Assembly: GCA_024679065.1 (NCBI GenBank)
Contig: JAGIQG010000016.1
Location: forward strand, 36,084,001 to 36,148,000
Length of the DNA stretch: 64,000 bases
Direction of reading: 5' to 3'
Source: Sphyrna mokarran
Lineage: Eukaryota
Part shown: positions 1-9,972 of the stretch, one piece after another
How the letters are laid out: the number at the start of each line of letters is the position of its first letter
Position numbering within the stretch: position 1 is the first letter of the stretch
Translations under genes and position numbers: made by a program
The notes under the pieces: model-generated
Seen by the model: the letters and a program-made list of their open reading frames with translations, nothing else
Database searches by the model: none
Told to the model about the DNA's origin: nothing

Positions 1-60
1 TTCAGCATAACATCATGGGCCAGAGGGCCTGTTACTCTGCGATACTGTTCTATGTTCTGT
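1..60 (+). mobile_element. 3' terminus of a CR1/HER1-type LINE
   Basis: catcatgggccagagggcctgtt...ctgttctatgttct matches the CR1 3' stem-loop and short-repeat tail seen at other CR1 ends in this window. Confidence 0.7.
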
Positions 61-179
61 ATAAGAAAATATCGTATGGACAAAAAGAGAGCTAATTTAA
101 ACAGTCTGATTTCTCCTCTTGCCACCCATCCATAAACAGGAAGGTGTATTTGATTTGCTTTCCTCTTTATGGGCAGTAG

Positions 180-361
180 CGTAATTCCCAACCCTTCAGT
201 TTTGATATAATCCAATTTTCTATTAATAAGAATTGCACACTACTGGAGGAGGGTCGGCATATTGCTTCCTGTGCACTCATACTGACAAAGAAGGATAGCG
301 AAAAGAAAGATTTAGTGACCAAATCCGCAGACCAAAGGAACATTCTGGATTCTGTACCCAG
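180..361 (+). CDS. candidate internal coding exon of an unidentified host gene
   Basis: Pyrimidine tract plus tandem acceptor (ttgctttcctctttatgggcagtag), donor CAG|gtgaaa at 361/362, one open frame (RNSQPFSFDIIQFSINKNCTLLEEGRHIASCALILTKKDSEKKDLVTKSADQRNILDSVP), 4 CpGs, not repeat-like. Protein not recognised. Confidence 0.3.
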
Positions 362-1194
362 GTGAAACAAAGTCCAATGAGGTATTCCTTCAGATGTCAG
401 CAGGCTGAAATCTTCTGTGTATTTTGTTTTTTCAGTACAGTTGATTTCACAATGAGAGATGAATCTATCTCCTAGACAATGTACACAAATTTCAATGGAT
501 AGTATAGTTGTGGCAGGTATTCATTCTGAGCAGAGTACCTTTTCTGTGTTGCTGCTAGTTAGATGGTAAAATTTCAGACTGAGATTTTACAGTTACACAA
601 GCCAAAGATCTATGCTACATCCACCTCCTTATGATGTGTTTCACAAAGGGATTGTATCCCTCATCTGGGTCCTGAGTTGGTTAAATATCTCAACCAGTAA
701 AAAATGAAAATAAAATTTGCAGGGTCCTTTGTACTAGCAGGCAATTAGATTCTATCTGGCTATTCGAGGTTATTAAATGCAGTAATAGCTCTTTTTGTTT
801 TTGGTCTGTGCAACTCACAATGTGTTATTTGTAGTTTTGCAGAGATAATGAGATGCCAGTTTCTTCAATACTATTAGATAGTTCCTTTAGTTCCAGGATC
901 ACTTCAGACATTTTAGAAGACAGTTGTCCAATTTTTAATGATTTAGAAATAGCCATAAGAGTATCTATATCCATGTTGTAAAAATATGTAATGTGAGGTC
1001 TTAGTCCTATCATAATATAATAAATCATTTTAATACGCCAACCATACTACTATTTGTCAGAAATCCTCTTCATACTGTTCCTCAGTTGATTTTGATTTTT
1101 AATATTGAATCAAAAGCCTTTTCCCACAACCTCACCAACACCTTGTTTCAGGTTCCTAATTCTCTGGATGATCTGAATTTAAACACCTTATATT

Positions 1195-1718
1195 GTAGTT
1201 TGGAGTATTGTGAACAGTTTTGGGCCCCATATCTAAGGAACGATGTTCAGGCCTTGGAAAGAATCCAGAAGAGATTCACAAGAATGATCCTGGAGTGAAA
1301 AGCTTGTCATATGTTGAATGGTTGAGGACTTTGGGTCTGTACCTTGTTGGGATTTAGAATGATGAGGGGGGGATTGTATTGAAATTTACAAGACATTGCG
1401 AAGCCTGGATAAGAGTGGACGTGGAGAAGATGTTTCCACTCATAGGAAAAAGAATCTGAGGCTAAAGTAATGATCATTTAAAACAAAGATAAGGAGGAAT
1501 TTCTTCAGCTAGAGGGTGTGAATCTGTAGAAGTCTTTGCTGCAGGAGGCTGTGGAGATCAGGCCATTGAATGTCTTTAAGACAGAGATAGATAGGTTCTT
1601 GATTAGGAATGGGACCAGGGGTTATGGGGATGGGATAAAAATTAGTCATGGTTGAATGGCCGAGCAGACTCAATGGGTTGAGTGGCCTAATTCTGCTGTT
1701 ATGTCTTATGCTCTTATA
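1195..1718 (+). mobile_element. 5'-truncated CR1 LINE (ORF2 C-terminus and 3' UTR)
   Basis: LEYCEQFWAPYLRNDVQALERIQKRFTRMI motif; ends in gttatgtcttatgctcttat tail. Confidence 0.9.
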
Positions 1719-1916
1719 GGTTAGAGAGCCTTCGCTTGCACCCAACTGTTGAGACTATCAAAGTCTCATTGCAAGATAACATGGAGAGAACCTTCATCCC
1801 CATCATGTGCTTTTATGTAGCTTGGTCTCACTGCGGCAGCAGCAGCAGCTTCTATCTCAGCTGTCTGCCATCTAAGCTGAGTTTGTTTTGTCTGCCTTGA
1901 TTGTGATTACTTCAAT

Positions 1917-2460
1917 CCAGCTTTTAGTTCTAGTTACCACATTATAGGAAGGTCATAATTGTTCTGGAGAGTGTGTAGAGGACATTTACAAGTATGTTGC
2001 CAGATCTTGAAAAATGCAGATATGAGGACAGATTGGATAGGCTAGGGTTGTTTTCGTTAGAACAGAGGAGGCTAAGGGGTAACATAATTAAGGTGTATAA
2101 AATTATGAGAGGCCTGGACAGGGTAGATAGGAAAAAACTGTTCTCCTGGCTGAAGAGTCAGTTACCAGGTGGCATAGGTTTAAGCTGATCAGTAGAAGGA
2201 TTAAAGAGAAGGTGAAGAAAAACAGTTTCACCAGAGTGAGATGGATGTCTGGAATTCACTGCCAAAGTTGGGGTTTGAGGCTGAAACGTATAACACATTT
2301 AAAACGTACCTGGATTTGCATCTGATGTGCTGCAATCTGCTATGGACCAGGTGCTGAAAAGTGGGATTAAGATGAGTGACTGGTTTCTTTTTTCCTTCTT
2401 TTTTGGCTAGTGCGGACACAGTGGGCTGAATGGCCTATTTCTGCACCATAACTTTTCAAT
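1917..2460 (+). mobile_element. 5'-truncated CR1 LINE
   Basis: YEDRLDRLGLFSLEQRRLRGNIIKVYKIMRGLDRVD motif; 3' end gggctgaatggcctatttctgcacc. Confidence 0.9.
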
Positions 2461-2532
2461 GGCTGGGCTCAGCTGCTTTTGCCTAACATTGAGTAAGCAG
2501 ACAAATGTTCTCCCTTCAGTAACACCAGCCAT

Positions 2533-2693
2533 GATGCAAAATTGGCTCAGTTGTAGGGGACAGAGGGTGGTGACAGAAGGCTATTTTAGTCACTGGAAGC
2601 CAGTATCCAGCGGTGTATCACAGAGGTCTGTGCTGGGTCCCTTATTATTCATCATTTATGTAAGTGACATAGGTGACTTTGTGGGGTGTAGGA
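2533..2693 (+). repeat. inverted copy of CR1 RT segment 3689-3849
   Basis: 161 bp; about 13 substitutions by eye against the reverse complement of 3689-3849; encodes QNWLSCRGQRVV...SGVSQRSVLGPLLFIIY. Confidence 0.85.
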
Positions 2694-4076
2694 CAGAAGA
2701 GGCCGTTCGGCCCATTAAATCCACACCAACACATTAGGAACACCTGAATTCCCACCAAATCACATCTGTCAGCACTTGCCCCATTGCCCTGAATGTTATG
2801 ACGTGACAAATGCTTATCCAGATACATTTTTAAAAGATGTGAGGCAACCTGCCTGTACCACTCTCCCAGCCAGTGCAGTCCAGACTGTCACCCCCTCTAG
2901 GTAAAAACATTTTTCCTCACATCCTCCTAAACCTCCTACCCCTCACCTTGAACTTATGTTCCCTTGTGACTAGCTCTTCAACTAAGAGGAACAGCTGCTT
3001 CTTATCCAATCTGTCTATGTCCCCGATAATCTTGTACATCTCATTTACGGACCTGGTCACCACCTCAAAAGATTCATTCAGATTTGTTAGGAATGACCCC
3101 TCTCTCTGACAAAGCCATGTTGTCTATCACTGATCAAGCGTCCTTCAGTCTTCTCTGCTGCAACAAAAACAACCCAGGTCTACCCAACCTCTCCTCATAA
3201 CTTAAATATTTCACCCCAGGCAGCATCGTGGTGAATCTCCTCTGCACCCTATTCAGTGCAATCACATCCTTTCTATAATATGGCAACCAGAACTGTACAT
3301 TGTACTCTAGCTGTAACCTCATCAAAGTTCTATGCAACTCAACATGACTTCTCTGCTTTTGTAATCTATGTCTCGATTGATAGAGGCAAGTGTTCCATAC
3401 GTCTTTTTTACCACTTTACTATCATGCCTTTTTGCCTGCAGAGATCTGCAGACAAACATGCCATGGCCCCTTTTTCCACATAACTTTCTGGTGTCATATC
3501 ATTCATTGGGTACTTCCTTATCAAATTACTCCTTCCAAAGTATATCACCTCACACTTCTGAGGATTAAATTCCATCTGCCACTTATTTGCCCAATTGACT
3601 ATTCCGTCTATATCTTCTTCTAGCCCAAGACACTCTGCCTCATTGTTAACCACCCGGGCAATTTTTCTGTCATCCACAAACTTATTAATCCTGCACTCCA
3701 CAAAGTCATCTATGTCATTTATATAAATGATGAATAATAAGGGACCCAGCACAGACCTCTATGGTACGCCGCTGGATACTGGCTTCCAGTCACTAAAACA
3801 GCCTTCTATCATCACCCTCTGTCCCCTACAACTGAGCCAATTTTGAATCCACTTTATCAAATTACCCTGTATCCCATGTGAATTTACCTTCTTTACAAGT
3901 CTCCCATGAGGGACACTGTCAAAAGCTTTACTGGAATTAATAAACTATATTAACTTCTCTTTCAGTTTCAATTGCATTACCCTGGTCTACAGACCTCGTC
4001 ACCTCAAAAAATTTAGTCAAATTTGTCAGGCATGACCTCCCTCTGACAAAGCCATGGTGATCACCACTGATCAAAC
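2694..4076 (-). mobile_element. CR1 LINE, RT domain to 3' end, decayed
   Basis: Minus-strand ORFs LGPLLFIIYINDIDD...KFVDDRKI and LEYNVQFWLPYYRKDVIALNRVQRRFT; 3' end near 2694 (cagaagaggccgttcggccc). Confidence 0.92.
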
Positions 4077-4997
4077 ATCATCATTCAGATTATTTCTTAG
4101 CAGACCTTGAAAAATATGAATGTAGGTGTCTCTCCTCACATTTCCAACCATGCATGATATTCCATTAGTACATTATTGATTATGGGCTTTAATCCTGCTA
4201 AATTCTGTACTAGTTTAGTTGTTATCAGTTAGGGCCAATCTTTGTTCATCCTTCAGTGGGCCATCTGGTTACTTGGATTGGCAAGATAATGGTATTGTAT
4301 TCAATGCAGTCGCACATCTCATGATGAGGCCCAATCTTCCCAATTGGGCCTGAACCAATAATTGTCTGCACTGGAGCCAGTTTGTTACAGTTGGACTGTC
4401 TGAGCTTTTTGCTGTCCCATTCTACAGTGATTCCCGTCCTTTCCTTCCCCATTGGCCCATTTTTATTTATTCATAATGAGCAACTTTTTATTATTAGAAG
4501 AGAGAAGAATGCATCAAATAGTGTTTGATTGTATTTTGACAGTGTTTTGACTGCTGTTGGTTTCCAACAATAAAGATCTTTATTCTAGTAACCACTGATA
4601 TTGTCCTGGTCTTCCTTATTATGACTGTGCTGAAAGCTCCTTGTGCACTTGGCTTGATAAGAATATTAAAATGTTTCTAGTCTGGGTAAAAGAGAGGGGG
4701 GCAGAAAAGGAAGAAGGGGCAGAGAACAGTTTGAGAGAGCTGGACATGGAAAGTATAGTTCTTATTTTGAAGGCATAACAGTTTTGTGTACAAGCGAGCT
4801 AAAATGCACTTCAGTTTGACTCTTCCATCTCTATCAAGTCAAGCCCAATCAGGTCAGTTATGAAGTGTGCAAGAGTACCGCTATGTCTATTCCAGATGCA
4901 ACTGCAGATTATCAGTAGAGTGAAAATTCCATAAAATTGCAACCATGCGCCATGTAGTTTGCCAGTGGTCACTCTGATATCCACCATGGCAGGGTCA

Positions 4998-5308
4998 GGA
5001 AAGGCAATGACCTAGTGTTATCATTAGATCATCAATTCAGTAACTGGGGACTCTAGATTCGAATCCTCCCAAAGCAGATGCTGGAATTTGAGTTCAATAA
5101 AAAAAGTCTGGAATTAAGAATCTTCTGATGACCATGAAACCATTGTCGATTGTCAGGAAAACCCATCTGGTTCACTTAATGTCTCTTTAGGAAAGAAAAT
5201 CTGCCACCCTTACTTGGTCTGGTCCACATGTGCTTCTAGGGCCACAGCAATGTGGTTGATTTTCAACAAGGGATGGGCAATAAATGCTGGCCAACCATGA
5301 ATGAATTA
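4998..5308 (+). mobile_element. tRNA-derived SINE, SlmI/MetaSINE-like
   Basis: B-box-like gattcgaatcc; core aaacccatctggttcacttaatgtc...ggaaagaaaatctgcc...cacagcaatgtggttg; tail gggatgggcaataaatgctggcc shared with LINE at 35158-36138; family name from recall. Confidence 0.75.
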
Positions 5309-5404
5309 AGAAATATATTGAAGCTGCTTTATAGCCAACAGGAATGGTCAGTACACATTGGACGTTCCAGCTTCTTGTGAAACTAGGGTTGCTTTTCCAA
5401 TACA

Positions 5405-5775
5405 GGTGTGCACGTTCGTACTAGCTTCCAGCTTCAAGTCCCATTCCAGGACGTGAACGCAAAAATCAAGGCTAAATTCCTCAAGACATTAAATTCTGGT
5501 CCCCGCCAACTCTCCCAGGTGGAGGTAAAAGATCCTATCACTCTATTTCTGAGAAAAGCAGGGCAATTATTCCAGGTATCCTGGCCAATATTTATCCCTC
5601 AGTTGAACCACAGGAAAAGATGATCTGGTCCTGACCACATTGGTTTTGTGGGAACTTGCTGTGTGCAAATTGGCTGCCACATTCCAGCAGCAGTTACACA
5701 TATACATGATTGACTGTAATGTGCTTTGAGGTATCCCAGTGGTCATTAGAGGTGCTGTAATAAGTTCAAATCTTT
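5405..5775 (+). mobile_element. SacSINE1-like Deu-SINE
   Basis: gtaaaagatcc...cctggccaatatttatccctca...cttgctgtgtgcaaattggctgcc core, shared with copies at 7685, 44738 and 63292. Confidence 0.75.
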
Positions 5776-5837
5776 AATTATTATGGCGCCATTATAACCT
5801 TAATTTTAGGGGACAGAAGAAAGAAGGGAACATGTAG

Positions 5838-6350
5838 ACCATAAAACAATACAATACAGGAACAGGCCCTTTGGCCAACAATGTTGTGCTGAACATGATG
5901 CCAAATTAAACTAATCCCTTCTGCCTGCCCTTGGTCCATATTCTTCTATTCCTTGCATAATCATTTTATCTAAAAACCCTTAAATGCCTGTATTGTTTCT
6001 GCCTGCACCACCACCATCCTTGGCAGCATGTTCCAAATACCTATCACTCTCTGTATAAAAATACTTGCTCCACACATCTCCTTTGAACTTTCCCCCCTCA
6101 CCTTAAGTGCATGCCCGCTAGTATTAGATATTTCAACTCTGGGAAAAAGATTTTGATTGTCAACCCTATCTACGTCTTTCATAATTTTATAGTCTTCTAT
6201 CGGGTCTCCCCGCAGCCTTTGCCACTCCAGAAAAAAACCACTAATCTGTCTCGTCTCTCCTTATTGCTCACACCCTTTAATTCAGGTAGCATCCCGTTAA
6301 ACATCATCTGCACTTTGTCTAAAGCCACCATGTTCTTCCTGTAGTGTGGA
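5838..6350 (-). mobile_element. 5'-truncated CR1 LINE
   Basis: Minus-strand ORFs HYRKNMVALDKVQ and DRVDNQNLFPRVEISNTSGH...QRVIGIWNMLP; reversed 3' end acaggaacaggccc. Confidence 0.88.
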
Positions 6351-6578
6351 TTGACATCATAGAGCAATTCATTTAGGAGGAATTCTGAAGCAGGACCCAA
6401 GATATGTGCCATGTGTAAGCAGGGTAGCACTTTGAAGGAAAATAGGCAGCAGTAAAGAAGAAAGGATTGTTTAATGTGGCTTGCTTATACCAGTCCTGTC
6501 ACTGTATTACAATGGTAACATTTCATCGAGTTATTCTTGTCGATGAGATAGACCAGTTATTATTATTCTTAATTACAG

Positions 6579-6605
6579 GAGCACAATACACAATCAAAAC
6601 ATCAG
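6579..6605 (+). CDS. candidate 27-nt microexon
   Basis: ttattattattcttaattacag|GAGCACAATACACAATCAAAACATCAG|gtaagc; length is a multiple of 3; open in all three frames; unique flanks. Confidence 0.4.
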
Positions 6606-7129
6606 GTAAGCAACCTAATGCTAGGCACCTTCCGGTGATGCTTATTAAATGACCACTAGGAGGTACAGGAGAACCATTCAGAAGATCTATGCATGCACTT
6701 ATAACCTCTCCCTTTAAGAGTGATACCTTTCCTTTGTTCACTGCTCTTCCACCTGACATTCCAGCTGTATAAGGAGGTTAAGAATTTCTCCATTAGCTCT
6801 ATAACCTGCTACGCATTCACTTAAGGGAAACAAGTATAATTTTACTGCTTTGTTGTGCGAAGTCACTTCTTTTAGACCTCTAATTACCTTTAATGTCAGC
6901 TTCAGTTGGAGTCTGTTTGAAATATATCAGACACGTGGGAATTTCCTGTGAATTGTTGGCAGTAGATTGGTTAATGGCACAAATGATTCAATATCTTGGG
7001 TTCCACAACTAGAAATAAGTAACTTGTACAAATGAAAGGGCATCAATAACCCAATACCTGTCACGCCACAGTCTGTTTATTCTCTATATAACTTACTTTC
7101 AGAATCAAAATGCAGCAATGAACTGTATT

Positions 7130-7425
7130 GTTGTGTAACAGTTCACGGTGCTTCCTCAATAGCTCCTTCGGATTAACCAGTGCTTGCTGATCTCAGCCAA
7201 AAAAAAGTCAAAACTATGATATTTGACCTTGGTCATCATGAGTTGGAGGGAAGGTGAGAATCCGAATCAGTGCACAGTAATCTCTGCTGGGATATCTTGT
7301 TTGTGAATACTATGCAATGACAGGAACAGGCTTGGATGTGACATTCCCTGCAATTGAATAGCCTTCCGGCAGTGATCAAAACTTACGATCTATAGTGATC
7401 ACTTGGGTCAAGGATCCTAAAATAG
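7130..7425 (+). mobile_element. highly decayed ancient SINE-like repeat
   Basis: Blocks gctgatctcagcc, ctgctgg, gacaggaacaggcttggatgtga, ttgaatagcc, cacttggg occur in the order recalled for an old chondrichthyan SINE. Confidence 0.35.
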
Positions 7426-7684
7426 ATGGAAAACCAAGTTTTGCCGTCAATTATAAGGCTGTGATCTTTTCACCTGCTTTTTAATATGTGTTTCCAGTGG
7501 GAAAGCACTGTGTCGGGAGTGTGATTTATAAAACTATCCCAAATGGAACAAAACTTCTCACTGTCCATTTGAGTCATCATGAGCCTTGTCTCCAATTCCT
7601 TCTAAATGAATTGCACCATCTAGGATATGTTCTCGTTTTTTCTCCCTCCAAATTAAAGGTATTATGATGCCATAGCAATTAAAA

Positions 7685-8102
7685 CAAAAGGAAATACATC
7701 CAATTAGTATCGCATCCTTAATGACCATCGGGATGTCTCAAAGTATTTTACAGTCAATTAAGTACTTTTGAAGTGTAGCAACTGATGTAACATTGGAAAC
7801 CCAGCTGCCAATACACACACAGCAAACTCTCCCCCAAACAACAATGTGATAATCTGTTTTTGTGATGTTAATTGAGGAGCAAATATTGGCCGGAACACCT
7901 AGGAAAACTCTCCCTGCTCTCTTCTTGCTATAATGCCATGGGATCTGAGACCTGACGGGGTCTCTGTTCAATGTTTCATCCCAAAGATGGCACCTCCCAC
8001 AGTGTCGCACTGAGGGTATATCAACTTTCATGTTTGTGTTCAAGGCCTGAAGTGAGACTTGATTCCAAGAGCCAGTGACACCAAGACAAGAGAGCCACAG
8101 TT
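7685..8102 (-). mobile_element. SacSINE1-like Deu-SINE
   Basis: Reverse complement of the Deu core: aaatattggccggaacacc...ccatgggatct...tcatcccaaagatggcacctcc. Confidence 0.8.
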
Positions 8103-8288
8103 TACACACTTATTTGCCAGCATAACACGTCTGTGGAGTCAGAGCTCATTCTTTTCATTTCATTTTATTCCCAGATTTGTTGCATTCTAATTTTTGTAGT
8201 TGCATCTTTCTCTCAAATTTATTCAGGATCTCTATTGAGACAAAAAAAACCCACTATCTATGTATACAAATAACTGAACTAGTAAACT

Positions 8289-8590
8289 GGGGCAGCATAG
8301 TGGCACAGTGATTAGCACTGCTGCCTCACAGCATCAGGGACCCAGGTTCGATTCCAGGCTTGGGTCACTGTCTGTGCAGAGTGTGCGCATTTTTCCCATG
8401 TCTGCATGGGTTTCTTCCAGGTGCTCTGGTTTCCTCCCACAGTCCTGGTTAGGTATGTTGACCATGCTAAATTCTCCTCCAGTATATTGGAACAGGCACC
8501 TGAGTGTGGCAACTTGGGGATTTTCACATTCATTTCATTGCAGTTTTATTCTGAGCTTACTTGTGACTGATAAATAAATGTTTTGAACTC
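8289..8590 (+). mobile_element. HE1-like V-SINE, tail type B
   Basis: A/B boxes (tggcacagtgattagc; ggttcgattcc), V-domain gggtttcttccaggtgctctggtttcctcccacagtcc, tail cttacttgtgactgataaataa. Confidence 0.9.
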
Positions 8591-8649
8591 CCATCACACG
8601 TGCAAACCCCAAATACAATGTGTATTTGAGGTCAGGATAACAGCTTCTC

Positions 8650-8800
8650 AGACAATCTTATTGAAATGCTAGATTCTGCAGTAACAGTGCAACCAGGGTT
8701 GTGTTGAAGATTAAAGAGTGTTTGTAATAATCATATTCTCAGAAAAACTCTGTAGTGATCTGACAACATTTGTTTGAACTGGCTAGTCGTGTACCTGGCT
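8650..8800 (+). repeat. diverged direct repeat, copy 1 (copy 2 at about 9307-9465)
   Basis: gaaatgct..ttctgcagtaa.agtgcaa....tgttgaaga...tattctcagaaaaac..gtgatct shared by both copies. Confidence 0.8.
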
Positions 8801-9306
8801 TAAAATTGCTGGTTTATCTCAAGTGGTTTTATATTAGTTACATTATCTGATTCCAATCTTCTGACAGCTAACAATTATATTGTGTGGCTATTTACACAAT
8901 ATTGCTAAACATGGAGTGAAGTTTGTCAAATAACCCACAAATGCAATTCTCTCAGCACTCTGTGCTTTATATAACAAGTGTTTAAACCATCTTTACTAAC
9001 ACAAACAATAAACCTTTGGCAGAAAAGAATGACATTTTTCCACATAACAGTTTTGAAACTGTGAATATTTTACCAAACTTCAGTTAAATATCTGGATCTT
9101 AAAAAAACCTTCAGTAGTTTTTCTTGTGTTTAAAAACTTCACAAAAAAATTGGCATTTTCTACAATGCTCCAATGATATAAATAATTTCCAATGATGGTG
9201 CATAGTAGCTATGGTTGATTACTTAAGCAATGTGGTTTTTGTTTCTTTTAGCCATGAATTTTAGTGGAATTTTAGTAGTAATTTTAGTAAAATGATGAAC
9301 TTGTTA

Positions 9307-9465
9307 AGACAGTCGAACAGAAATGCTGAATTCTGCAGTAATAGTGCAATCATGATTATGTTGAAGATGTTTACCATTAAATGGTGTTTGTTGTGATTAT
9401 ATTCTCAGAAAAACATTATGGTGATCTAATGCCATTTGCTTGCATTGGCTCGTGGTGTAACTGAT
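9307..9465 (+). repeat. diverged direct repeat, copy 2
   Basis: Collinear with 8650-8800, with a small insertion (tgtttacc). Confidence 0.8.
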
Positions 9466-9671
9466 AACTTGAAGTTGAAGATAAATGTTGAGGCCTTGAT
9501 GATGATGCCGTTTTAACCCCTCTATATGTATACAAAGATGTCAAAATATCCTGGAAACAACTTCACCAGTGTAATAATTATTCTTAGTCTGAGAAGGAGG
9601 GGTACTGCTGACCATTGATTCTACCAGGCCCCCTTCCACTTTGTGGTTTTCTCCAAAGCTCTCTTCTACTA

Positions 9672-9972
9672 GTTTAAGTTTAATTATTAATGTCACAAGT
9701 AGGCTTACATTGACACTGCAATGAATTTACTTTGAAAATCCCCTAGTCGCCATATTCTGGCGCCTGTTTTGGGTACACTGAGGGAGAATTTGGCATGACC
9801 AATGCACTTAACCAACACATCTTTCGGACTGTGGAAGGAAATCAGAGCACCCAAAGGAAACCCACGTAGACATAGGGAGACCATGCAGACTCCATACAAT
9901 GACTCAAGCCAGGAATCAAACTTGGGTCCCTAGTGCCAAGGTGGCAGTGCTAATCACTGTGCCACCATGCTA
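9672..9972 (-). mobile_element. HE1-like V-SINE, tail type B
   Basis: Reverse complement of the 8289-8590 type: tgtcacaagtaggcttacatt...cagtgctaatcactgtgccacc. Confidence 0.9.
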
